Notes: generated by a model from the letters alone, not told the origin. 64,000 bases of DNA from a virus (IMGVR_UViG_3300043078_000170); one strand, 5' to 3'. Positions 19,647-29,336 are shown, counted from the stretch's first letter. Program-made: numbers and translations.

Positions 19647-21308
19647 ATGGAGAATAAACTTATATCAAGTAATTCTTCAAATATTGTTGAAGAAAATGAT
19701 TATAGAAATATTTCTGAAAAGACTTTAGAAACTATTGCTAATAGCTTAAGAAATTCTTTAGGCTATTATGGTTCTTCAACTATTATTGAAGATAAAGTTA
19801 ATGGACATGTTGCGACTAAAGATGGTTATACTATTTTATCATCTTTAAAATTTGAAAGTCCTTTAGCTACAACTATTTATGAAATTATTAAGAAGATTTC
19901 ATTTAATTTAGTACAGACCGTAGGTGATGGAAGTACTTCTTCAGTAGTTATAGCACAATCATTATTTACAGTATTAAATAATGCTATGAAAGATGATGGA
20001 GCACTTAGTAAGTATTCACCTAAAGAAGTCTTTGATACATTAAAATCTATTGAAGAAATTATTTCAAAAGGTGTTAAAGAAATGGCTACACCTATTGATG
20101 AAGATAATTTTGATATTATTAGAAAAATTGCTGAAGTATCTAATAATAATGATGCTAAAGTAGGTTCTAATATTTATGATATTTATAAGGTTATTGGAAA
20201 TGATGGTTTTATTTATTTAGAGAATTCTAATGATTCTGAAGATCATTTTAAATATTTAAATGGTCTTGAATTTGCTACAGGAATGATTGCAGAGGATTTT
20301 TCAAATAATAAGAATAAACCAGAATGTAATTTTAAAGAACCTTTTATTTTTATGTGCAATGATAGATTAGATTCTACTGACTTAAATTATATGGTAGATT
20401 CTGTAGGTAATTTAGTTGCTAGACATACTAAACCTATGGTTATTATTGCTAAAAGCTTTTCAGCAGAATTTGTTTCTTGCTGGATCATAAATAAAAAGCA
20501 AAATCCTGATTTTAATATTTGTTTAGTTGATTTTAATTTTGCTAATAAAAATCAAGAAGAAATATTTAAGGATATTGCTTTATATACTAAGAGTACTATC
20601 TACGATAAGACTTTTAATTCAGCAGATGATTTTAAAAAGAATTTTTATACTATGCTAGGTTCTTGTGATGAAATTTCTATTAGTAATAAAACTACTAAGC
20701 TAGTTGGTCGTAAATGTTCTGATAAAGAACTTGAAGATCGTGTCAAGTATATAGATGAAGAGATTCAAAAGTTTAAAGATCTTAAGGATGAATCATTCGA
20801 TAGTAGAATTTTCCAATTAGAAACTAGAAAAGCTAATTTAAATTCTACAATTGTTAAATATTATGTAGGTGGGGATACTGAATTAGAAAAGAATAATCGT
20901 AAGTATCTAATTGAAGATAGTATTTTTGCTTGTAAAGCAGCTTTAGAAACTGGTTATGTTTGTGGTGGTAACTTAGCTATTCCAAAGTTTATTAATACTT
21001 ATATGAGTAAAACTGATATGAGTAGTTTAGAAAATATTTTATTTAAATTAGTTAAAGAATCTTTCATTCAATGTTATAAATGCGTTTTAAATAATGCTTC
21101 TATACCTTCAAATGATATTAATAATATTATTGAACAGTGTGTTAATAACGATGTTATTTATAATCTTAAGACAAAGCGATATGAAACTGAAAAGGAAACT
21201 TACATTGTAAATTCAGCTAAGACTGAAATTGAAATACTAAAAGCAGTAATTAGTATTATTGGTATTCTAGTAACATCTAATCAATTTATTTGTAAGAGCT
21301 TAGTTTAA
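19647..21308 (+). CDS. groEL: phage chaperonin (GroEL/Cpn60-like)
   Basis: TKDGYTIL, VGDGSTSSVV, IEDSIFACKAALETGYVCGG; 553 aa. Confidence 0.9.
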   Translation: MENKLISSNSSNIVEENDYRNISEKTLETIANSLRNSLGYYGSSTIIEDKVNGHVATKDGYTILSSLKFESPLATTIYEIIKKISFNLVQTVGDGSTSSVVIAQSLFTVLNNAMKDDGALSKYSPKEVFDTLKSIEEIISKGVKEMATPIDEDNFDIIRKIAEVSNNNDAKVGSNIYDIYKVIGNDGFIYLENSNDSEDHFKYLNGLEFATGMIAEDFSNNKNKPECNFKEPFIFMCNDRLDSTDLNYMVDSVGNLVARHTKPMVIIAKSFSAEFVSCWIINKKQNPDFNICLVDFNFANKNQEEIFKDIALYTKSTIYDKTFNSADDFKKNFYTMLGSCDEISISNKTTKLVGRKCSDKELEDRVKYIDEEIQKFKDLKDESFDSRIFQLETRKANLNSTIVKYYVGGDTELEKNNRKYLIEDSIFACKAALETGYVCGGNLAIPKFINTYMSKTDMSSLENILFKLVKESFIQCYKCVLNNASIPSNDINNIIEQCVNNDVIYNLKTKRYETEKETYIVNSAKTEIEILKAVISIIGILVTSNQFICKSLV

Positions 21309-21321
21309 TTTATTTTTTTTT

Positions 21322-21359
21322 TACTCTAAAGGAAGAAAATTCCTTTAGAGTATTTTTTT
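21322..21359 (+). terminator. intrinsic terminator
   Basis: TACTCTAAAGGAA/TTCCTTTAGAGTA plus T run. Confidence 0.8.
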
Positions 21360-21362
21360 AAG

Positions 21363-21372
21363 TATATATTAT
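21363..21372 (+). promoter_or_regulatory. early-type phage promoter TATATATTAT
   Basis: directly after terminator, upstream of hicA-like gene. Confidence 0.75.
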
Positions 21373-21430
21373 AGCTTTGATTATTAAATTATTTATAATC
21401 AAAATAAATATTATAATGAGGTGTATACTT

Positions 21431-21622
21431 ATGAACAAAATTAAAATTAAAGATTTTGAACGAGTACTTAATGAAAATAATTTTATATATGTACGATGTA
21501 AAGGAGGACATCGAATATATAAAAGAACGACCGATAATGCTATTTTTGTATTACCAGGTCATAAAGGAAAGGAAGTGAATGGTGTTATCATGTGTAATTT
21601 CAAAAGAAAATATTTAACTTAA
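21431..21622 (+). CDS. hicA: HicA-like mRNA interferase
   Basis: 63 aa basic; FERVLNENNFIYVRCKGGHRIYK ... VLPGHKGKEV matches the HicA pattern with the catalytic His; SD GAGGTG. Confidence 0.75.
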   Translation: MNKIKIKDFERVLNENNFIYVRCKGGHRIYKRTTDNAIFVLPGHKGKEVNGVIMCNFKRKYLT

Positions 21623-21632
21623 TAAAATTAAT

Positions 21633-22715
21633 ATGTTAAAAATTATTAAATTTAAATTTCAGGAGGAAAAAAAAAATATGAACAGTGTATTTTCAAATAG
21701 AATTTGTATGTTAAATGATGGAAAGGTTATTTGGGAAAATTATAATGAAGAAAAAGATTATGTTAAAAATATTATATTGAATAATGATAATATTTTTCTT
21801 ATAATTGATAAATTCAATAAAGGCTATGATATTTCCGAAATATTTTCAGAATTTATGTCAACTGATAATAATTGTCATTTAATTTATGATAATGATTATA
21901 ACGTTAAAAAATCATATAATGAAGTAAAAACATATGACGAGATTTTTAAATTAGTATCAACTGATATTTTAAATGATGTAATTGATTGGGATATAATTAA
22001 TGATATTGTAAAAATAATTAATGATATTAATGATTATGGAAAGAAACTTTGTAATAATAGAAATTTTTCAGATTTATTAAAAGAATATTGTGATGTTGAT
22101 GATGTTAAATTAAATTTAGAAGACATTGATGAATCAGAAAGAGAAACTAATAAATTTGATAAATTTAAAAATCAAGTAATAAATGATATAAAAGATTATT
22201 GCAAAAAAAGAAAAGTTGATATTGATTATGAAGATGACAATCCAAAAATTCCTATTGTACCATCTGATATAAATAAAGATTCATGGGATATTTTAAAAAA
22301 TTTTTACAATCCAGCCGACTATAAAAAATGCTCTAATAGTTATTATAATTCATCAATTTATTATGAAAAACGTGCTACAATGTTTTTATATAATTGTTAT
22401 TATTATGATAATTATATTAGCAATTATTCAAATTATTTTATATTATTCTTTATAACAGAACAAATGGATGTAAAAAAATTTACAAAAGAAAATTTGTCTA
22501 ATACATCAATGATTATTAATTTATCACTTTTAGCTAAAAGCTTAGAAGAGGGTAATGTTCTAAAAATGATAAAAGATTTTTTGTTAGATGTTATTAACTA
22601 TTTAGATTGTAATTTTGATAGATTAAACGATAATTTATACAATCAATATAGTTGTATAAATTATTTAATGAATATTAATAAAACTTGTAACGAAATGTAT
22701 TCTTTATTTATTTAA
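21633..22715 (+). CDS. hypothetical protein (early)
   Basis: long ORF; AGGAGG favours ATG 21678. Confidence 0.7.
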   Translation: MLKIIKFKFQEEKKNMNSVFSNRICMLNDGKVIWENYNEEKDYVKNIILNNDNIFLIIDKFNKGYDISEIFSEFMSTDNNCHLIYDNDYNVKKSYNEVKTYDEIFKLVSTDILNDVIDWDIINDIVKIINDINDYGKKLCNNRNFSDLLKEYCDVDDVKLNLEDIDESERETNKFDKFKNQVINDIKDYCKKRKVDIDYEDDNPKIPIVPSDINKDSWDILKNFYNPADYKKCSNSYYNSSIYYEKRATMFLYNCYYYDNYISNYSNYFILFFITEQMDVKKFTKENLSNTSMIINLSLLAKSLEEGNVLKMIKDFLLDVINYLDCNFDRLNDNLYNQYSCINYLMNINKTCNEMYSLFI

Positions 22716-22718
22716 TGA

Positions 22719-23276
22719 ATGAAAGGAAATGACTTTATGTTTACTAATATAAAAGAAAAGAAGCCAAAAGAAGAAGGTTTATACGTTTGTAGAATTCTTA
22801 ATGATGATGGCTCAATTGATTATCGAATTGATGAATATCGCATTCCTACAGTATTTGAAGAAAAATATGAAGGAATAGTAGAAGGATTCCAAAAAGATTT
22901 CGGTAGTCTTTTAAAGACTGAAGGTTATATGAAAATATCAGATGATTATGAAAAGCATATCATAAAATTTGATAAGAATGGAGTAGCTTCTATATTTATT
23001 AAAGGTGAAGAATTTAATCTTCAATTGGGTAATTGTAAATTAATTAATGGAGATACTAATCCAAAGATTTATGAATATCCATTAATTGGTTATTATGGAG
23101 ATACTACTATTAATTCTTATATTGATATTTATTGCTTTAATGATAAAACAAATAAAGTAGTAGTTCCTGAAAGTGAATTCACTAAAATTATAGAAGAATC
23201 AGGTGATGAAACTTTAAAAGAATATATGAATAAGTATTTTAGTATAAATATTTTAGACTTATTTAATAACAGATAA
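22719..23276 (+). CDS. hypothetical protein
   Basis: ORF in operon; likely start ATG 22737. Confidence 0.7.
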   Translation: MKGNDFMFTNIKEKKPKEEGLYVCRILNDDGSIDYRIDEYRIPTVFEEKYEGIVEGFQKDFGSLLKTEGYMKISDDYEKHIIKFDKNGVASIFIKGEEFNLQLGNCKLINGDTNPKIYEYPLIGYYGDTTINSYIDIYCFNDKTNKVVVPESEFTKIIEESGDETLKEYMNKYFSINILDLFNNR

Positions 23277-23388
23277 AAAACTTTTAAAATTATTTTAATT
23301 TGGTTACCATATTGTATTTAATTATACAATATGGTAATCTTTTTTTTTTGGAACTTTTTATTATATTTTATAAGAAGGAAGTGATTTT

Positions 23389-24066
23389 ATGGCTAATAAT
23401 TCTAGATTACAACTTAATCCAGAAGATTTGGATAAAGAATATAATATGCTAGAATCTGAATTAGAATCATTAGATTTATTATTTAATGATGCTAAAGCAA
23501 GATTAGATGCTATGTCAAAATATCCTACAAAATCTAATCCTGTTTTCATGGCTTCTCAAACAGCTAATTTAATTTCTATTAAAGAAAAACGTTTAAATAT
23601 AATTAAAGAATTAACTAATATTAAAAAATCTAAAATGGATATGGAACTTAAAATGTTTACAGCTAATAATAAACTTGATGACCAAAATACAGGCGTTAGT
23701 AAAGAAATTCTTGATATTTATAGACTACTTAACAAAAATGATAAAAGTACTTTATTAGAAGAAACTATTAATGATAATAAAGAAGAATTAATTAATGAAC
23801 CAAGTGATGAAGAAATTGATAGAATATTTAAAGAAAGATTATCTGAAGATGAAAAAGAAAAGAAAGATCAAACTAAATTAGAGCAAATTTTGCCTGATGA
23901 ATATAATATTGTATGTACTAAAGATAAGACATTATATATTATAGATGAAGATTATAATATTATTGATGATTGTAATTTTGATACTTCAGTTATTAATATA
24001 GTTAAAGTTGAAGATGAATACGCATATGATGAAGATAATAATACATATGAGGTGGTGGAAATATGA
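23389..24066 (+). CDS. hypothetical coiled-coil protein (late)
   Basis: SD and late-type promoter. Confidence 0.7.
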   Translation: MANNSRLQLNPEDLDKEYNMLESELESLDLLFNDAKARLDAMSKYPTKSNPVFMASQTANLISIKEKRLNIIKELTNIKKSKMDMELKMFTANNKLDDQNTGVSKEILDIYRLLNKNDKSTLLEETINDNKEELINEPSDEEIDRIFKERLSEDEKEKKDQTKLEQILPDEYNIVCTKDKTLYIIDEDYNIIDDCNFDTSVINIVKVEDEYAYDEDNNTYEVVEI

Positions 24067-24482
24067 ATAGTTCTAATTATTTAGTAGAAGGTATAATCCA
24101 AAATATTAAATTAAAAAATAAAATGAAAAAAGATGCTGCCGCTCAAAATAAAAAAAGCAATGAAAGACAGTTAAAATATATTGCATATCAACAACGTGGT
24201 GGTAAATTAAGTATTGAAAATTTTGAAGATCCAGAAATGTTACAATATGAAAAAGATCATAATAAAAATCCTAAATTATATAAGAACTTTAAAACATGGA
24301 AAAAGATTAAATATCAAGAAGCTACTGATAAAGCTAACTTAGAAGAAAAGATTTCTAAGAATAAAAGAAGAAGAGCACAGGCGGAGCATGAAAGTTCTAT
24401 AGCAGAAAAAAATAGAATTAAAAATAAACAAATGGAAAGTTATATGGAAGGATATCGAGATGCTTTGTTAGAAATTTTATAA
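24063..24482 (+). CDS. hypothetical basic protein
   Basis: ATGA overlap with upstream gene. Confidence 0.7.
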   Translation: MNSSNYLVEGIIQNIKLKNKMKKDAAAQNKKSNERQLKYIAYQQRGGKLSIENFEDPEMLQYEKDHNKNPKLYKNFKTWKKIKYQEATDKANLEEKISKNKRRRAQAEHESSIAEKNRIKNKQMESYMEGYRDALLEIL

Positions 24483-24555
24483 TGCTTAAATATTCCTATA
24501 GAGAAAATAATCTCTATAGGAATATTATTAAACCGTATTAAATCATATATTTGTA

Positions 24556-24565
24556 TATATATTAT
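24556..24565 (+). promoter_or_regulatory. early-type phage promoter TATATATTAT
   Basis: shares TATATATTATAATTGTGA with the 5060 site. Confidence 0.75.
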
Positions 24566-24754
24566 AATTGTGAATAAAGTAAATAATTACTTATATTCAT
24601 ATATTAGAGTGGATATTTAATTCTAGTGGCTCTTAAATAAATACTAGAGTTTATATGTTCCCTTGAAGAAACTCATTGCCTGAAAAGATAGGGCGACTGA
24701 TATGAGATAACAGAGTAGGGGTAAAATAATATAAATAATATCTTGGAGGCTATT

Positions 24755-25003
24755 ATGGCTAACTTCAATTCTACAAAGAAAAACTACAATAAGGGTTACA
24801 ACAATGGATATTGCAATGGTAAGAATGTCGGTACTATTGTTGGATTGGCTGTTGGAGCATCTATTGGAGCATGCTTTGGAGCAATGATTTCAGGTCTTTC
24901 TCATGATTTCAGTGACATCAGAGAATATGACCGTATTAATCATGACGCTGAAAAGCTTATTGAGAGACAGGAGAGATTGAATAATATTTATAGAAATAAG
25001 TAA
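24755..25003 (+). CDS. small single-pass membrane protein, single-gene early cassette
   Basis: SD GGAGG before ATG 24755; GxxxG-rich hydrophobic helix. Confidence 0.7.
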   Translation: MANFNSTKKNYNKGYNNGYCNGKNVGTIVGLAVGASIGACFGAMISGLSHDFSDIREYDRINHDAEKLIERQERLNNIYRNK

Positions 25004-25035
25004 TTCAGTTTTCTTCTAGCTCTAAAAAAAAATAT

Positions 25036-25088
25036 ATGTGGGCGCTGCAATTGAAAAACTAATGTTTCAGCGCCCATATTTTTTTTTT
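25036..25088 (+). terminator. intrinsic terminator
   Basis: ATGTGGGCGCTG/CAGCGCCCATAT plus T run. Confidence 0.85.
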
Positions 25089-25145
25089 ATATATAAAAAC
25101 TACTATTTATTATAATTTTTTTTTTTGATAGGAAGGTGTAAAATT

Positions 25146-25883
25146 ATGCTTAAATTTTTAGAGCAAGATGGAGATTCTATTAGATTTACTGGAGATATTT
25201 TAAATGTATATATACCGAAAAATTATTTTGAATCAAATATAGCTGTTTATAACGGTAATGAAGTAAATACTATAGCATATTTCTTTTTTGAAGTAAAATC
25301 ATTTGCTATGGAAGAAAAAGATGAAATGGGTCATATTTATACATTTAAACTTCCATCTAGAATTGTATTTGAATTTGATGATAAAAATTCTAAAACTTTA
25401 AATATTAAAGATACTGGTGAAATTCAATATGATGTATTAACAATGAATCGTGGTTCTATATTTGTTAAGAATATTAATGTAGAAGAATCTGGTAAAAATG
25501 CTGGTGACTTTTTAAATATGTTATTATATGGAAGATTTTTACCATTAATACCATATGAAGAAATTGTTAAAATTTTTATGGAAAATATGTCTATTAATAA
25601 AATGGATTTAGGTTGCCAGAATATAATATATGAAATGATGATCGGTGAATTAATGAGAAATAAGAAAAATGTTAAAGAGCCTTTTAGAAAAGCTATTAAT
25701 AAGCAAAATATTAATTCAATTGATTATAAAAATATTAATCTTAAAAATATTGCATTCTTTAATAGTACTTATACTGCAATTGGATTTGAAGATTTTAATA
25801 AGGCAATGATTACTTCTACTGCTAAAAATATTAACAATGAAAAAGAAATTATTTCTCCTGTTGAAAAGATTCTTAAATATTAA
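25146..25883 (+). CDS. RNA polymerase beta-prime C-terminal fragment (split subunit)
   Basis: IYEMMIGELMR resembles RpoC HIEVIVRQMLR; NSTYTAIGFEDFNKAM resembles TESFISAASFQETTRVL. Confidence 0.6.
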   Translation: MLKFLEQDGDSIRFTGDILNVYIPKNYFESNIAVYNGNEVNTIAYFFFEVKSFAMEEKDEMGHIYTFKLPSRIVFEFDDKNSKTLNIKDTGEIQYDVLTMNRGSIFVKNINVEESGKNAGDFLNMLLYGRFLPLIPYEEIVKIFMENMSINKMDLGCQNIIYEMMIGELMRNKKNVKEPFRKAINKQNINSIDYKNINLKNIAFFNSTYTAIGFEDFNKAMITSTAKNINNEKEIISPVEKILKY

Positions 25884-25889
25884 AAATTT

Positions 25890-25914
25890 CCCTATAGAGT
25901 TAATCTCTATAGGG
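25890..25914. terminator. bidirectional terminator hairpin
   Basis: CCCTATAGAG/CTCTATAGGG. Confidence 0.8.
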
Positions 25915-25924
25915 TTATATTATT

Positions 25925-26704
25925 TTATTTGTTACAATATTTCTTAATAATAAGATTCTGTACTTTATAAATCTTATTAGAATTAAAAGCAACATCTAAA
26001 ATATTCTTTTTAAAATTATCACCATAACTAATATCTACAAAATCATTATCAATAAAAATTTTAGTACACCAGAAATTACATTCAATCATTGGATCATTAG
26101 CAATCATTAATTCAATTAAATCTTCAGCATATAATTTATATTCTTTAATAGTTTCAATGTTTTCTAAGAAATTATAAATTTGATTTAAATATTCGTTAGG
26201 AATAATTCCTTTAAAATTAATATAAGTCTGATCCTTAGTATTAATAGTTCTATTAGGAAATTCTTTAATGTGATCTATAAAATAATTATAAAATAAACTT
26301 TCTATACCATCTTCTATATAATTAATTAAGAAATTATAAATCATATGAATATAATGAATTTTATCATCAATAAGTAAGCTTTCACTAAATGTAATTTTAA
26401 AATCAAATTTATTTTCAATATTATTTAAAATATCAATAATAATTTCTTCTACTGTCTGTTCTAAGCTAGGAATAAATTCTTCATTATCTTTATATTTTTC
26501 TTTAAGAAATTTATATTTCTGTATAAAACTTTCAAATACGTCACTACTATTTCTAGGAGGTTCATCTTCATCAAAAATTCTATCAATCTGTTGATTAATT
26601 GTATCTAAAGAAATCTCTGAAGAAAGATTACTTAAAATATCCTTTTGGTCATAATTGCTTAAACTAGTATCTTCTTTTTCACTAAGCATCATTATAGTTT
26701 CCAC
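25925..26704 (-). CDS. hypothetical protein (late)
   Basis: 259 aa ORF; probable start ATG 26692. Confidence 0.7.
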   Translation of the reverse strand: METIMMLSEKEDTSLSNYDQKDILSNLSSEISLDTINQQIDRIFDEDEPPRNSSDVFESFIQKYKFLKEKYKDNEEFIPSLEQTVEEIIIDILNNIENKFDFKITFSESLLIDDKIHYIHMIYNFLINYIEDGIESLFYNYFIDHIKEFPNRTINTKDQTYINFKGIIPNEYLNQIYNFLENIETIKEYKLYAEDLIELMIANDPMIECNFWCTKIFIDNDFVDISYGDNFKKNILDVAFNSNKIYKVQNLIIKKYCNK

Positions 26705-26801
26705 CTTTCATTTATAAATTATTAAGTTGTTATATTTAATTTTTTATATTAAAATTTATAATTAACTAATTAATTAGTATTTTAAATAAGGAGTGAAATA
26801 A

Positions 26802-27482
26802 ATGAAATCTGAAATACATGAAGAACATGAATTCTATGATAAAAATAAGGATAAAGACAAAAAAGATAAAAATGAATGTCAGGTATATTGTGTACCTAAT
26901 CTTAAAGATATTATAGAAAATTATAAGAATATAGATAATAATGATCCATATTCAATTGATAAAGCTAACTGGAGTTTTACTTATAATCAATTACAATGTG
27001 TTAAGAATTTTCCAGAAAAAGAAGCAGAAGAATTTATTAAGAATAATTTAAATTCAGAGGATATAATTCATCCAAAAGTATTACAACAATTAATAGAAGA
27101 AAAAGTAAATGATTTAATAGATAATGGAGAAGATATTTCTAATAAATTAGTAACTGCTAGAATTTCATTAGATAATGATTTTAATAGAGTTATTAATATT
27201 GATGTAAATGAAAATGCTAATTTCTCTAATTGCATGGTTGAAAGTGTAAATGTTGAATTACCACCTTTTAATGATTTAATTAAAGAGCAAATTAAATTAT
27301 TATGTAATACTATGATGTGTGGTTATTTAGATGATGAAGAATTAGAAGAATTTATTAAAGAAAGAATTGAAGACTATAAAGAAAGTCCCTATACTACAGA
27401 TTGGTTAGAAGGTTATATTGAAGGATTCTTAGATAATGATGGATATATCGATGGAATTATTGAAGGCTTTAATAATGATTAA
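26802..27482 (+). CDS. hypothetical acidic protein
   Basis: SD AAGGAG. Confidence 0.7.
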   Translation: MKSEIHEEHEFYDKNKDKDKKDKNECQVYCVPNLKDIIENYKNIDNNDPYSIDKANWSFTYNQLQCVKNFPEKEAEEFIKNNLNSEDIIHPKVLQQLIEEKVNDLIDNGEDISNKLVTARISLDNDFNRVINIDVNENANFSNCMVESVNVELPPFNDLIKEQIKLLCNTMMCGYLDDEELEEFIKERIEDYKESPYTTDWLEGYIEGFLDNDGYIDGIIEGFNND

Positions 27483-27550
27483 CAGATTATTATTGTATTA
27501 TTTTTACCGCAGATACAATAAACCATGTATAAAGGGGATGAAAAAATTTT

Positions 27551-27697
27551 ATGTATGAACCAACATTCGAAGATATGTTAAAAGATATTAATAAAGATCT
27601 ACCAGAATCTGAAATAACTAATCATTTTAAAGGACAAGATGATCGTGGTTGGTACACTGGAGAATGTAATTATCAATATAAAGATTGGAATGATTAA
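27551..27697 (+). CDS. 48-aa small protein (not in ORF track)
   Basis: MYEPTFEDMLKDINKDLPESEITNHFKGQDDRGWYTGECNYQYKDWND; AAGGGG upstream, hairpin downstream. Confidence 0.55.
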   Translation: MYEPTFEDMLKDINKDLPESEITNHFKGQDDRGWYTGECNYQYKDWND

Positions 27698-27738
27698 TAA
27701 TAAAAGAAATAAAGCTTAATAAGCTTTATTTCTTTTTT

Positions 27739-29070
27739 TTATTTATTATTTTTTAAATCTTTTAAGAATTGATCCAATTCTTTTTCAGATTTACTATCTT
27801 CTCCCATTAATAAATTAATTCTATTTAATATACCCATATCAGCATAACATACAACTGTATAAGTAGTATTTACCATAGGATTCTTAGTTTTAAGAATTAA
27901 ATCTTTTTCATCAACTTCATAATTTTCTGGGAATAATAATCTACCATTAATATATAAATCTATTGTAAATACTTTACTCATTTTAATTTTATATTTCTTT
28001 AATAAATCACAAGCTTTATGCACATTTAAAGGTAATACTGATTTAAGGTCAACTTCATCATATTCAACATTAACTTCAGGTAAGAAATTTCTTTTCATTA
28101 GAATATTTCTATTATCTTTAGTATATGGTATATAATCTTCATTCATAACTAATGAGAATCTATAAGTACCATCTTCATAATCATTAGGATTAGTTAATTT
28201 TACATTCTTAAATCTTTCCATATTATCTAATTCCATAATAAATGTTGATGGTGTCCATAATTCAGCTGTTATATTATATTCAATTTGAGAATTTTGAATA
28301 ACATTTTGTCTCATATTTCTATTTTGATTAGACATATCAGGATAGTTTATTAATATATTAGCAGGATATCTGAACATAAATCGATTATTACCAGTACTTA
28401 AATCTTTAGCCATATAAATACCATTATAAGAATATTGTAACATAAAATCTTCCATACGTTCTAAATCTGCATTTTCATTTAAATTATAATTAAGCCTATT
28501 TGCAATATTTTGAATTATAAATGGAGGTACTTGTGTTTGCACGAATACTTTATTAAGAAAAAACCATCCATTAGTTTGGAAATTTTGATCTATATAGGAA
28601 ATAGTATTCCATCCTTGAAGTTCTGAATTAACCCTAATACCTATTCTAAAATTAATTTTAGTTCTTTTAAAAGCATTAAATATTCTTATACCAGTATTTT
28701 GATCTTCAAATATAAGATTATAATTCTTTCTTAATTTTTTTAAATATACCCAAGAAGTATCTGTAAATAAAGTAGGTAAATCTCCCATATATCCTTGCGT
28801 TAAATCAAATTGAGGTTGAATAAATAAATAAGGACGTTTTTTAACTTCAAAGTAATCTTTTTGAATAGCACTTGCAGCCATTGTAGTTGATATATAAGTT
28901 TCCTTAAAGAAGCTTTCAGGAAATTTAGATTTAAAATATTCAGTAATATAACTAGTAACTGAACCAATAATTGATGATAAAGAATTGGTTGAACTACATA
29001 CTGAAATAGTGCTATAAGTTTGATTTACTATTTTTTCTTGATTAGCTGGATTTCCAAAAGTAATATTCAT
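27739..29070 (-). CDS. putative virion structural protein
   Basis: about 443 aa, late-type promoter; ATG 29070 favoured by SD. Confidence 0.55.
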   Translation of the reverse strand: MNITFGNPANQEKIVNQTYSTISVCSSTNSLSSIIGSVTSYITEYFKSKFPESFFKETYISTTMAASAIQKDYFEVKKRPYLFIQPQFDLTQGYMGDLPTLFTDTSWVYLKKLRKNYNLIFEDQNTGIRIFNAFKRTKINFRIGIRVNSELQGWNTISYIDQNFQTNGWFFLNKVFVQTQVPPFIIQNIANRLNYNLNENADLERMEDFMLQYSYNGIYMAKDLSTGNNRFMFRYPANILINYPDMSNQNRNMRQNVIQNSQIEYNITAELWTPSTFIMELDNMERFKNVKLTNPNDYEDGTYRFSLVMNEDYIPYTKDNRNILMKRNFLPEVNVEYDEVDLKSVLPLNVHKACDLLKKYKIKMSKVFTIDLYINGRLLFPENYEVDEKDLILKTKNPMVNTTYTVVCYADMGILNRINLLMGEDSKSEKELDQFLKDLKNNK

Positions 29071-29131
29071 ATAAAACACTTCCTTTCTTTTATATTTAAT
29101 AAAGAGATGTTGAATTATAAAAAATTATATA

Positions 29132-29156
29132 CCCTTATGGAATAAATCCATAAGGG
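29132..29156 (-). terminator. terminator of the tRNA transcript
   Basis: CCCTTATGGA/TCCATAAGGG. Confidence 0.75.
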
Positions 29157-29231
29157 TATATTGAAACTTTTCTACTATCATTATTTTTTACCATAAAAGG
29201 AGTCATCATAAAATAAAAAGGAGGAGACTCA

Positions 29232-29319
29232 TGGTGGATGAGGTAGGAATCGAACCTACGGTGTTTCAAGTGTAACAGATTTACAGTCTGCCGTCATCGC
29301 CAACTAGACATACTCATCC
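29232..29319 (-). tRNA. tRNA-Tyr(GTA)
   Basis: acceptor GGATGAG/CTCATCC plus ACCA; anticodon arm GCAGA-CTGTAAA-TCTGT; T-loop GGTTCGATTCC; long variable arm. Confidence 0.95.
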
Positions 29320-29324
29320 ATTTA

Positions 29325-29336
29325 TATAAATTTGTT
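29325..29336 (-). promoter_or_regulatory. late-type promoter AACA-N6-TA for tRNA-Tyr
   Basis: AACA-AATTTA-TA ending 6 nt before tRNA 5' end. Confidence 0.75.

Noticed and set aside
24668-24710. Hammerhead ribozyme (GAAAC ... CTGAT)
   Set aside because: Core reads CTGATAT rather than CTGANGA and the three stems cannot be built.
29231-29275. 14-aa ORF antisense to tRNA-Tyr with an AGGAGG SD
   Set aside because: Coding sequence is dictated by the tRNA and no + strand promoter was seen; treated as the mirror of the anti-SD trailer, though not excluded.
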